From the NCBI GenBank assembly GCA_963693055.1, contig OY843751.1, forward strand, positions 6,432,001 through 6,496,000: a stretch of 64,000 nt of DNA. Direction: 5' to 3'. The translations under genes and the position numbers were made by a program. Source of the DNA: a bacterium. Its GTDB lineage: Bacteria > Zhuqueibacterota > Zhuqueibacteria > Residuimicrobiales > Krinioviventaceae. The notes below the pieces were generated by a model, which did not search any database, was not told the origin of the DNA, and worked only from the letters and a program-made list of their open reading frames with translations. Shown here piece by piece: positions 38,921 through 47,814 of this stretch (position 1 is its first letter; the number at the start of each line of letters is the position of its first letter).

Positions 38921-40324
38921 GTGAAAGGTAATGAACAAGATAAAAAAGGCGAAGGTATGAATCGTCGTGAATTTATTGGTGGAGCAGCTGCAGCCGCTGC
39001 TGCTTTTTCCATTGTGCCCAATAGTGTATTGGCAGGGAATGGAAAAACAGCTCCAAGTGATAAATTAAATATAGCCGCAATTGGTATTGGTGGCAAAGGG
39101 AAATCTGATATAAGTGGCGTAAGTTCTGAAAATGTAATAGCGCTTTGCGATGTTGATGATACCATGTTCAGTAAATTTAAAGAACATGTAGATAGAGATA
39201 AAGAAAAACATCCTAACCTGCCCACACTGTTCAAGAATGCAAAACGTTTTCGTGATTTTCGCGAAATGTTAGATTCTATGCCGGAAATTGATGCTGTAAC
39301 TATCAGTACTCCGGACCATACACATGCTACAATCGCTATGAAAGCGATGAGTCTGAAAAAACATGTTTATTGCCAGAAACCTTTGACCCACTCTGTATAT
39401 GAAGCACGTATGCTTGCCGAAACAGCTAAAAATATGGATGTTGTAAGCCAAATGGGTAACCAGGGCCATGCAAGTGAAGATGCACGCCTGATCAATGAAT
39501 GGATCTGGGACGGTGCAATTGGTGATGTTACCCGCGTTCATGTTTGGACCAACCGTCCGGTATGGCCACAGGGTATTGATGCACCCAAAGAAATTCCTTC
39601 AGTTCCCCCGACACTCGATTGGGACCTGTTCCTGGGACCTGCCCCATGGCGTCCTTACCATCCTGCATATCATCCATTTGCATGGAGAGGCTGGAAAGAT
39701 TTCGGAACAGGTGCTGTTGGTGATATGGGTGCGCACTTGATTGATCATCCCTGGTGGGCTTTGAAACTGGAAGCTCCTGAAACTATTCAAGCTTCTTCTT
39801 CTGACTTGTGGTCAGATTCTTTTCCGTTGGCATCTACAGTACATTTTACATTCCCAAAACGTGGAAAAATGGCACCTGTTGAATTGACATGGTATGATGG
39901 TGGATTAACACCTCCTCGTCCAAAAGAATTGGAAGATGGTCGTCGCATGGGTGACGGCGGTGGTGGTGTATTGTTTGTTGGTACAGAAGGAACCATTATG
40001 TGTGGTACTTATGGCAGCAGCCCGCGTATCATTCCAGAAGCCAAGATGAAAAAATACAAACAACCCAAGAAAACCATCGAACGTTCACCTGGTATTTACG
40101 CGGAATGGATCCAGGCTATTAAGGAAGGAAAGAAATCAACCACTGATTTTTCATATTCCGGTCCCCTGACTGAAGCTATGATGCTTGGAAATATTGCAAC
40201 ATTGTTACAGGATGATAACAAAATCCTGCAATGGGATGCAAAAAATATGAAATTCACCAACCATGATAAAGCAAATGAACTTGTTCATACCGACTATCGC
40301 AAGGGTTGGAAATTAGAATATTAA
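38921..40324 (+). CDS. Tat-exported Gfo/Idh/MocA oxidoreductase (glycoside 3-dehydrogenase-like)
   Basis: NRREFI; IGIGGKG; STPDHTH; HVYCQKPL; QMGNQG; WTNRPVWPQG; GTGAVGDMGAH. Confidence 0.9.
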   Translation: MKGNEQDKKGEGMNRREFIGGAAAAAAAFSIVPNSVLAGNGKTAPSDKLNIAAIGIGGKGKSDISGVSSENVIALCDVDDTMFSKFKEHVDRDKEKHPNLPTLFKNAKRFRDFREMLDSMPEIDAVTISTPDHTHATIAMKAMSLKKHVYCQKPLTHSVYEARMLAETAKNMDVVSQMGNQGHASEDARLINEWIWDGAIGDVTRVHVWTNRPVWPQGIDAPKEIPSVPPTLDWDLFLGPAPWRPYHPAYHPFAWRGWKDFGTGAVGDMGAHLIDHPWWALKLEAPETIQASSSDLWSDSFPLASTVHFTFPKRGKMAPVELTWYDGGLTPPRPKELEDGRRMGDGGGGVLFVGTEGTIMCGTYGSSPRIIPEAKMKKYKQPKKTIERSPGIYAEWIQAIKEGKKSTTDFSYSGPLTEAMMLGNIATLLQDDNKILQWDAKNMKFTNHDKANELVHTDYRKGWKLEY

Positions 40325-40332
40325 TAAAATCA

Positions 40333-40364
40333 GGACCTGCCGGTCCATTACCGGCGGGTCTTTT
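40333..40364 (+). terminator. Rho-independent terminator
   Basis: GACCTGCCGGT/ACCGGCGGGTC followed by TTTT. Confidence 0.7.
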
Positions 40365-40398
40365 CCTTTCTTCAAGTTTATCAAATATAGGATGACTC

Positions 40399-41844
40399 AT
40401 GAGTATTAGAAAATCTATAAAGCTGGCGCTGATTGGTGCCCTGATTTTGGTCTGTTCGGTAATGACTTTTGCCGAAGAACTTCCTACAACTTATCATCCC
40501 GCTACCGATGCTTATGAAGGATGGCGACTGGGTGCACAGGCATACACCTTTAACCGTTACACTTTTTATGAAGCATTGGATAAGATGGCATCTTTGGGAC
40601 TCGATTGGGTTGAAATGTACCCGGGACAGGTAATCAGCAAAGATGACCCAAACATGAAAACCACCACAGACATGCCCGCAGAAAAAAGAGCTGAAATTAA
40701 AGCCAGATTAAAAGAATATGGAATGACCCTGGTAAATTACGGTGTGATCAGCCTTCCGAATGATGAAAAAGAGTGCCGTAAAGTTTTTGATTTTTGTAAA
40801 GACATGGGTATTGAAACCATAGCTTCTGAACCCCCGGAAGAAGCATTTGATTTGATTGATAAATTGTGTCAGGAATACAAGATCAATGTAGCTATTCACA
40901 ATCATCCCAAACCTTCTCATTACTGGGATCCTGAAACTGTTCTTAAAGTTTGCAAGGGCCGCAGCAAATATATTGGTGCGATGGGAGACACGGGTCATTG
41001 GATGCGTTCTGGCATTGATCCCAAAGAAGCGATTGAAAAATTGGGTGATCGCCTGATTGCTTTACATTTTAAAGATTTGAATTCTTTTGGTAGAAAAGAC
41101 GCTCACGATGTTCAGTGGGGTACCGGAAAAGCAGATGTTAAAGGTATTATGGAGCTGCTGCACAAACAGGGCTACAAAGGTACATTTTCAATTGAATATG
41201 AACACAATTGGGAATATTCAGTACCTGAAATTCGGGACTGTGTAAAATATTTTAATCATGTTGCGCAATCATTGAATCCTTCCGGTTGGAAGTGCCTGCT
41301 CAAGTGCGACCTGTCAAATGCTGTTATGAATCCAGGCGCCTGGACCTGGGAAAATGGCGAACTGACCTGGCATCATAAAGGTTATATTTGGACTGAAGAA
41401 CGATATGGCGATTTTATTCTGGATGTAGAATACAAAGTTTCAGAAGGCGCAAACAGTGGTGTCTTTTTCCGTTGCAGTGATCTTGACAATACTGTTCATA
41501 CCAGCATTGAGGTGCAAGTACATGAAACTTCCGATGGTGCAAGGATTGGTATGTGCGGAGCAATTTATGACGTAAAAGCACCCAAAGTTCAAAACCAGAA
41601 AAAAGCCAATGAATGGAACCATTATACTATTACTTGTAAAGACAATATGATATGGGTTGTACAAAATGGTGAACAGATCGTTGAAATGGATTTGAATGAC
41701 TGGACCGAAGCTGGTAAAAATCCCGATGGTACCCCGAATAAATTCAAATATGCCTATAAAGATATGGTTAGAGAAGGCCATATAGGTTTTCAGGACCACG
41801 GACAGCCTGTTTGGTTTAGAAATTTGAAAATTAAAGAATTATAA
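40399..41844 (+). CDS. Sugar phosphate isomerase/epimerase (AP2Ec TIM barrel) + DUF1080 fusion, secreted
   Basis: LGAQAYTF, AIHNH, DTGHW, LHFKD, SIEYE; then ANSGVFF, GAIYD, GHIGFQDHG..WFRNLKIKEL. Confidence 0.88.
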   Translation: MSIRKSIKLALIGALILVCSVMTFAEELPTTYHPATDAYEGWRLGAQAYTFNRYTFYEALDKMASLGLDWVEMYPGQVISKDDPNMKTTTDMPAEKRAEIKARLKEYGMTLVNYGVISLPNDEKECRKVFDFCKDMGIETIASEPPEEAFDLIDKLCQEYKINVAIHNHPKPSHYWDPETVLKVCKGRSKYIGAMGDTGHWMRSGIDPKEAIEKLGDRLIALHFKDLNSFGRKDAHDVQWGTGKADVKGIMELLHKQGYKGTFSIEYEHNWEYSVPEIRDCVKYFNHVAQSLNPSGWKCLLKCDLSNAVMNPGAWTWENGELTWHHKGYIWTEERYGDFILDVEYKVSEGANSGVFFRCSDLDNTVHTSIEVQVHETSDGARIGMCGAIYDVKAPKVQNQKKANEWNHYTITCKDNMIWVVQNGEQIVEMDLNDWTEAGKNPDGTPNKFKYAYKDMVREGHIGFQDHGQPVWFRNLKIKEL

Positions 41845-41846
41845 GC

Positions 41847-41872
41847 AAAAAACGCCCCTTGCGGGCGTTTTT
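41847..41872 (+). terminator. Rho-independent terminator
   Basis: AAAAACGCCC-CTTGC-GGGCGTTTTT. Confidence 0.75.
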
Positions 41873-42048
41873 GTGGTTTAAGTGATTGTTTTTAAACGAA
41901 TTCAATTTTATATTGTTTTTGTTTGCATATTTTTTTAATACATGTTATATTATTCCTGCGGTTTGATTTGAAACCTTTGAGCAGTCAGATCGTTAAATAT
42001 TTAACATGAAATTAAGTATATTGGCATATGAAAAAGGAGAGTATAGCC

Positions 42049-42750
42049 ATGTTGAGTAAATTCCTGATGCGTACCTATATTTTGTCATTTGCATTGACTT
42101 TGACGTTGTCAGTAGTTGGTGTAGATATTTTGACATCTAGAGCACAAGCGCAAGATATGGAACCGATTCCACTGGAATTGCCCAAACCGATGTTTGTGGG
42201 AACTCCTCAAAATTTGAACGTACCAAATCTTGAAAAACCATTGGGTAAAGCCCGTGCACCATTTTTGGCACCTAAAGGCACAGTAAATGTTGCTGAAGGT
42301 AAACCGGTAACCAGTACAGATGATATGCCTATTATTGGTGAAATTGATATGATTACCGATAATGACAAAGAAGCCGCAGATGGTAGTTATGTAGAGCTTG
42401 GACCCTTTTTGCAGCATGTAACCATTGATCTTGAAGAAAAATGCGATATTTATGCAGTTGTTTTGTGGCATTTCCACAAACAGGCACGTGTTTATTTTGA
42501 TGTAATTGTTCAGGTTGCAGATGATGCTGATTTTACTCAGAATGTATCAACTATTTATAATAATGATATTGATAATTCAGCCGGTTTAGGTGCTGGTAGT
42601 GATAAGCATTATGTTGAAACTTCTGAAGGTCGTCTGATTGATGCCAAAGGTGTTAAAGGCCGCTATGTTCGCTGTTATAGCGCTGGCAATAGCAATAACG
42701 ACCTTAACCACTATATCGAAGTCGCCGTATACGGCAAACCGGTGAAGTGA
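42049..42750 (+). CDS. Secreted discoidin/F5-8 type C-like domain protein
   Basis: Signal peptide; NVAEGKPVTST, VTIDLE, GRYVRCYS, YIEVAVYG. Confidence 0.7.
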   Translation: MLSKFLMRTYILSFALTLTLSVVGVDILTSRAQAQDMEPIPLELPKPMFVGTPQNLNVPNLEKPLGKARAPFLAPKGTVNVAEGKPVTSTDDMPIIGEIDMITDNDKEAADGSYVELGPFLQHVTIDLEEKCDIYAVVLWHFHKQARVYFDVIVQVADDADFTQNVSTIYNNDIDNSAGLGAGSDKHYVETSEGRLIDAKGVKGRYVRCYSAGNSNNDLNHYIEVAVYGKPVK

Positions 42751-44357
42751 AAACACAAAAACTAATTCTTTTTATAATAGTACTATTAGCTGCGGCAGTC
42801 ATACGCTTGCCGCAGCTTTCTATTCGTGCCCTGCACACGGATGAAGCCATTCATGCTGTAAAACTTGGGGAATTGATTGAACACAATAACTACAAGTATG
42901 ACTGGCACGAGTATCATGGTCCTACATTAAATTATTTTTCCCTTGTTCCTGCTGTTTTAAGAGGCCAGTTTACATACCCTGAACTTGACGAGTTTACTTT
43001 GCGAGTGGTTACTGTATTTTTTGGTCTGCTGCTTATTCTCTTATTGTTTCCCCTTGTAAATGGTCTTGGCTGGCCTATTGTATTATCGGCCGGGATCTTT
43101 ACGGCAATTTCTCCGGTGATGGTGTTTTACAGCCGATATTATATTATGGAAATCTTGTTGGTTGCGTTTTCATTTGGGGTAATTGTTTCCGCTTATCGAT
43201 ATTTAAAGACCCATCATATTGCCTGGGTTATATGGATGGGAGTTTTTATTGGGTTGATGCACGCTACCAAAGAGACCTGCATTATTGTGTGGGGAGCTAT
43301 GGGGCTTGCATTGCTGATAAATGCTTTTGCGTGGCACCCTATTGCCACTCGTGAATATTTAAAGCTGATCCGTTGGGACCATGTAGCCGCCCTGTTTTTG
43401 TCCGCTGTAGGTATATCGATATTATTCTTTTCTTCTTTTTTTGCAAATCCGCGTGGTATTATTGATTCTGTTATTACATTTACCAATTATTTCAACAAAG
43501 CGGGTAATTTTGATATTCATATATATCCCTGGTACTGGTATCTAAAAATATTATTATATAATCCTGCTTCTTATGGTGTGAACTGGAGTGAGGGGTTTAT
43601 CTTTGCATTTGCACTGCTGGGTTTCTTTGCTGTTTTCAGTGGGCGCTGCAGTTCCCGGATTGATGAAAATTTACTCAGGTTTATAGCATTATTTACATTG
43701 ATATTAACTGTGCTATATTCCGCTATACCTTACAAAACCCCCTGGATTGTTCTCGGATTCTGGCATGGATTTGTTATTATGGCAGCCGCTGGCGCGGTTT
43801 ACATGTTGTCAACAATACGCAACCGCATGGTAATTGGCGGTATTGTTTTTCTGTTGCTGTTAGGCTCTGCCAACTTGTTATGGCAATCTCTGCTGGGAAA
43901 TTTTAAATATTATGACGATCCTGCCAATCCCTGGGTTTTTTCTCATCCGCAAAAAGATGTTTTTGCCATTAGAGACAAAGTAAGAGCAGTTGCGAAATAT
44001 CATCCGGATGGTAAGAACGTTCGTATTGATGTGATTTGTGCTGGTGGCGATTATTGGCCATTACCCTGGTATTTACGTGAGTTTCCCAGAATTGGCTGGT
44101 GGAATGAGGTAAACATGGATACACCAGCGTCACCCATAGTGCTTGTTTCTCCTGATTTAGAGTCTGAACTGGCACGGAAATTGTATGAAATTCCGCCACC
44201 GGGTCACCGGGAGTTGTATATGCCTCTGTTTGACGATTACCGCGAACTGCGGCCAATGATTGAAATTAGAGGCTATGTTGTAAAATCTTTGTTTGATAGA
44301 TACTACTATGAACAACCACCAATCATAAATCAAGAAAAGGAAAATGAAAGAGAATGA
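42747..44357 (+). CDS. GT-C fold membrane glycosyltransferase, TIGR03663/Agl23-like
   Basis: R.LHTDEAIH, YHGPTL, YSRYYIME, ATKET, YKTPW, YWPLPWYLR; many TM helices. Confidence 0.8.
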   Translation: MKTQKLILFIIVLLAAAVIRLPQLSIRALHTDEAIHAVKLGELIEHNNYKYDWHEYHGPTLNYFSLVPAVLRGQFTYPELDEFTLRVVTVFFGLLLILLLFPLVNGLGWPIVLSAGIFTAISPVMVFYSRYYIMEILLVAFSFGVIVSAYRYLKTHHIAWVIWMGVFIGLMHATKETCIIVWGAMGLALLINAFAWHPIATREYLKLIRWDHVAALFLSAVGISILFFSSFFANPRGIIDSVITFTNYFNKAGNFDIHIYPWYWYLKILLYNPASYGVNWSEGFIFAFALLGFFAVFSGRCSSRIDENLLRFIALFTLILTVLYSAIPYKTPWIVLGFWHGFVIMAAAGAVYMLSTIRNRMVIGGIVFLLLLGSANLLWQSLLGNFKYYDDPANPWVFSHPQKDVFAIRDKVRAVAKYHPDGKNVRIDVICAGGDYWPLPWYLREFPRIGWWNEVNMDTPASPIVLVSPDLESELARKLYEIPPPGHRELYMPLFDDYRELRPMIEIRGYVVKSLFDRYYYEQPPIINQEKENERE

Positions 44358-45303
44358 CATTTCGCTGGACCGGACCATCCATCCGGAGGGCGTAGCCGCC
44401 CAAAAAAATGTGCACCGTTTTGAACACGAAGCCATGGGCACCGTATATGAAATTTATATTGCGGACCAGGATAAGCAATACGCAGCCCAGGCAGCACATG
44501 AAGGTTTTATTTTACTTGACCAGCTCGAAGGGGACCTCAGCAAGTATGTAGAGGGGAGCGATATTACCCGTATTAATGTAGCTGCAGCAGATACTCCGGT
44601 AAGGGTAGGACAGGATGCGTTCGATTGCCTGCTTGCCTGCCAGGAATTTTTCAACCATACCAACGGCATATTTGATGTGACGATAGGTTCGTTGATGCAG
44701 TTGTGGCTGAACCCAGACAAGTCTTTACGTAATCCCTCCAAATCTGAAATTGAAAAGGTTTTAAATGAGACCGGCATGGATCACCTCTTTTTTGATGTGG
44801 ATGATTTTTCCATTTCAAAATCGTTGGATTCTGTCAATATTGATCTGGGTGGGTATGGCAAAGGATATGCGGTTGATGAAATGGCAACGCAGCTTGAAGA
44901 GTGGGACATTGAAAACATGCTCATTCATGGCGGTTACAGTTCTGTTGTTTCACGTGGACGCATGCCGGGACGCGCAGGCTGGCCTGTGTCTATAACCGAT
45001 CCCTTTACTAACAAAGTGCTGGAAAAGATTGATCTCGAGAATAATGCCATGTGCAGTTCGGGATTGATGAAGGGCAGTCACATTATTGATCCCCGTAGTG
45101 GTGAACCCTTGAAACGTAAACGGGCAACCTGGGTATTTACCCCGGATGCAGCAGAAGGTGACGCATTATCAACAGCATTCATGGTAATGGATTTTGAAGA
45201 AATTGAGCAGTATATTGAGGATTTTCCTGAAGTGTCTGTGCTGATTGTATCTGAAGAAGATGGCAAAAAGCAGGTGCTGCGTTTAGGCAGACAGTGGGAC
45301 TAG
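44344..45303 (+). CDS. apbE: FAD:protein FMN transferase (ApbE family), no signal peptide
   Basis: AMGT, SDITRIN, FDVTIG, IDLGGYGKGYAVD, SSG, HIIDPRSG, DALSTAF. Confidence 0.9.
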   Translation: MKENDISLDRTIHPEGVAAQKNVHRFEHEAMGTVYEIYIADQDKQYAAQAAHEGFILLDQLEGDLSKYVEGSDITRINVAAADTPVRVGQDAFDCLLACQEFFNHTNGIFDVTIGSLMQLWLNPDKSLRNPSKSEIEKVLNETGMDHLFFDVDDFSISKSLDSVNIDLGGYGKGYAVDEMATQLEEWDIENMLIHGGYSSVVSRGRMPGRAGWPVSITDPFTNKVLEKIDLENNAMCSSGLMKGSHIIDPRSGEPLKRKRATWVFTPDAAEGDALSTAFMVMDFEEIEQYIEDFPEVSVLIVSEEDGKKQVLRLGRQWD

Positions 45304-46025
45304 TGATAGTTTCGCATTTCTTTGGTGATTTCCCACATTTCCAGTAACATATTCATAAAGGTACGCGTGGGCGCCAACCGGCTGTCCACGTCTGCGTACC
45401 AGTCAATGGGGAATTCTTTGATTCGATAATTATTTTTCAATGCCTTGAGCAAGATTTCAATATCAAACAGAAAACCGTCGGTGGTGCATTCTGCATATAA
45501 CCGGCGGCCAATGTCTCCCTTGTACATTTTTAATCCGCATTGGGTATCTGTGACCCAGTCCGGAATGCCCATTAATATTCTTGCTACACGTCGAAAGATG
45601 AGAGATGTGATTTGCCGTGCTTTAAGATGGGGACGTACAATGCGGCTTTCAGGCAATCGTCGTGAGGCGTTTGCAATGTCGCACTGGTCTGTTTGCAATA
45701 ATTCTATTCCCCGGCTTACTTGCTCCCAGGGCACAGTGTTACCGCTGTCAATAAACATGATGTATTTGCCATTCGATTCCTGCATGCCCTGACGCACCGC
45801 GTAACCTTTACCGCGGTTGGGTGTATAATGAATTACCTCTTTTTTAATTTTCGAGGGAACGTCCGCAAGAATAGCGGATTCCGCCGTATAGTCGGTACTG
45901 CCGTCATCCACAATAATAATCTCACCTTCAAGATTGTGGTTTTCAAGAAACGTAGATGCTTCTAAAATATCACGTCTTATCTTTTTGTGCTCATTATATG
46001 CTGGTATAATAATGGACAGATCCAT
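45300..46025 (-). CDS. GT2 polyprenyl-phosphate glycosyltransferase (Dol-P-Glc synthase-like)
   Basis: SIIIPAYNE, VDDGSTD, NRGKGYAVRQG, DTQCGLK, FLFDIEIL. Confidence 0.85.
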   Translation of the reverse strand: MDLSIIIPAYNEHKKIRRDILEASTFLENHNLEGEIIIVDDGSTDYTAESAILADVPSKIKKEVIHYTPNRGKGYAVRQGMQESNGKYIMFIDSGNTVPWEQVSRGIELLQTDQCDIANASRRLPESRIVRPHLKARQITSLIFRRVARILMGIPDWVTDTQCGLKMYKGDIGRRLYAECTTDGFLFDIEILLKALKNNYRIKEFPIDWYADVDSRLAPTRTFMNMLLEMWEITKEMRNYH

Positions 46026-46382
46026 ATTCGCCGCCGGGATTTGTTGATGGTTACCTGTTTACTAATATATAAAATTGCCATAATGGAAGCAAGCAAGATT
46101 GTGTAAGCAATTGTTAAATCCGTTTTGCGGCTCTGCCCGAGCCAGAAAAACAGTGAGGGAAATAATGATGATAGTTGCGAGCATATCTTTTAGAGGTCAA
46201 TTCTTTTTTTTCGTAACCGAGAAACCCAAGTGTGCTGCATAATACAGAATAAAGTGGAAACTGACAGAATCCATGTAACCCATGTTATATACATGCGTAT
46301 GCTCACAAGAAAGAGGGATGGAAACAGCATTTATGATTGTTGTTTTTATCAAATATGATTTCATTTAAGGAGAATATATATT

Positions 46383-47318
46383 ATGCAGACCATATTGGGT
46401 TCAGGGGGTGCCATAGGTGTAGAATTGGCAAAAGCCCTTATGCAACATACAGAGGATATCCGCCTGGTGAGCAGGAATCCTGAAAAAGTAAATCCAACGG
46501 ATCAGCTTTTGGCGGCCGATCTTTTAAATCCTGACGAGGTCCAAAAAGCGGTTAAAGGATCAGAGGTGGTGTATTTGACGGTGGGATTGCCTTATAATTT
46601 CAAAATATGGCAAGCCAAATGGCCGGTGATTGTGCAGAATGTAATTGACGCATGCAAGCAGCACAAGAGCAAACTGGTGTTTTTTGACAATATTTACATG
46701 TATGATCCCGATTGCCTGTCACACATGACAGAAGAGACCCCCATCCGTCCGGTCAGCAAAAAAGGAGCAATACGAGCAGCATTGGTTGAAATGATTTTCG
46801 ACAGCGTGGAAAAGGGCGAGTTGCAGGCACTGGTAGCCCGGTCAGCGGATTTTTATGGTCCGTCGATAAAAAATACCAGCGTCATGACAGAAACGGTGTT
46901 CAACTATTTGGTGCGTGGTAAAAAAGCCATCTGGTTGGCGGACGCGAACAAAAAACACTCGTACACCTATACCCCGGATGCGGGCAGGGCCACGGCTTTG
47001 CTGGGCAATACCGATGGAGCTTATAACCAGGTCTGGCATTTACCCACAGCCCCCAATCCTTTCACGGGTAAAGAGTGGGTAGAGGCCATTGCAAAGGAAC
47101 TGGGGGTTGCGCCCAAATACATGGTTGCTTCACGATTCATGATGCGCATGATTGGATTGTTTGACATCACCATGAAAGAGGTGGTTGAAATGATGTACCA
47201 GAATGACCGGGACTATGTGTTTGACAGCAGCAAGTTTGAAAACCGGTTTGGGTTCAAGCCTGCATCGTATGAAGATGGTATTCGCTATATTGTCAACTTG
47301 GATTATAAAAAGGGGTGA
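46383..47318 (+). CDS. NAD-dependent epimerase/dehydratase family protein
   Basis: ILGSGGAIG, FFDNIYMY, ARSADFYGP, YTPDAG. Confidence 0.9.
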   Translation: MQTILGSGGAIGVELAKALMQHTEDIRLVSRNPEKVNPTDQLLAADLLNPDEVQKAVKGSEVVYLTVGLPYNFKIWQAKWPVIVQNVIDACKQHKSKLVFFDNIYMYDPDCLSHMTEETPIRPVSKKGAIRAALVEMIFDSVEKGELQALVARSADFYGPSIKNTSVMTETVFNYLVRGKKAIWLADANKKHSYTYTPDAGRATALLGNTDGAYNQVWHLPTAPNPFTGKEWVEAIAKELGVAPKYMVASRFMMRMIGLFDITMKEVVEMMYQNDRDYVFDSSKFENRFGFKPASYEDGIRYIVNLDYKKG

Positions 47319-47356
47319 TAAGACTTTCGACGGAGCTGCAATGAGCGTAGTGAAAA

Positions 47357-47502
47357 GAAATAAACCGCGGAAAACGCGGAATGACACGGAAAGTAGAGCG
47401 AAAAGAACCACAGATAGCGCGTTATGAAACGGAAAGTTGTACGAAAAGAACCACAGATGAATCCGCCAGTGGGCGGACAGGCGCTGATAAACGCAGATAA
47501 AA
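47357..47502 (+). repeat. Degenerate 43-bp tandem repeat with a nested TCCGCC...GGCGGACAGG palindrome
   Basis: Units start at 47357, 47400 and 47443 (GAAAAGAACCACAGAT...ACGGAAAGT); the third unit is interrupted by ATCCGCCAGTGGGCGGACAGG. Confidence 0.6.
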
Positions 47503-47504
47503 AC

Positions 47505-47539
47505 AAGATCGTGACAGAGATTATCTCTGTCACGATCTT
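47505..47539. repeat. Perfect palindrome (GATCGTGA...TCACGATC family; may act as terminator)
   Basis: AAGATCGTGACAGAGA-TTA-TCTCTGTCACGATCTT. Confidence 0.7.
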
Positions 47540-47558
47540 TATGGCTGCTGTTTTTTTA

Positions 47559-47584
47559 GGTTCCAGTGGCTCTGCCCTGGAACC
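47559..47584. repeat. REP-like hairpin
   Basis: GGTTCCAG-T-GGC-TCT-GCC-CTGGAACC. Confidence 0.55.
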
Positions 47585-47609
47585 AGAGGGGATTTTGTTA
47601 ATTCATTTA

Positions 47610-47635
47610 AACGCAGAGACCCAATGAGCGCAGAG
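47610..47635 (+). repeat. Left inverted arm flanking the defence operon
   Basis: AACGCAGAG-N10-CGCAGAG. Confidence 0.55.
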
Positions 47636-47814
47636 AAAAACAGTAACCATAATGATCGAAAATAAAGAATCAATCTATATTTATATTGATGAATTAAAAT
47701 AATATTTTGTTTTTATTAATGAATTTGTTTAATTGTAAAAAGGTTAATGGGGTGGATATGGAGCTAGGGATAAAAAATAATTAAGGGGTATAGATTACTA
47801 AAGAGGGGAAAGAT

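Noticed and set aside
47357-47502. 43-bp periodic repeats as a mini-CRISPR array
   Set aside because: Units are degenerate along their whole length, with no constant-repeat/unique-spacer pattern and no cas genes.
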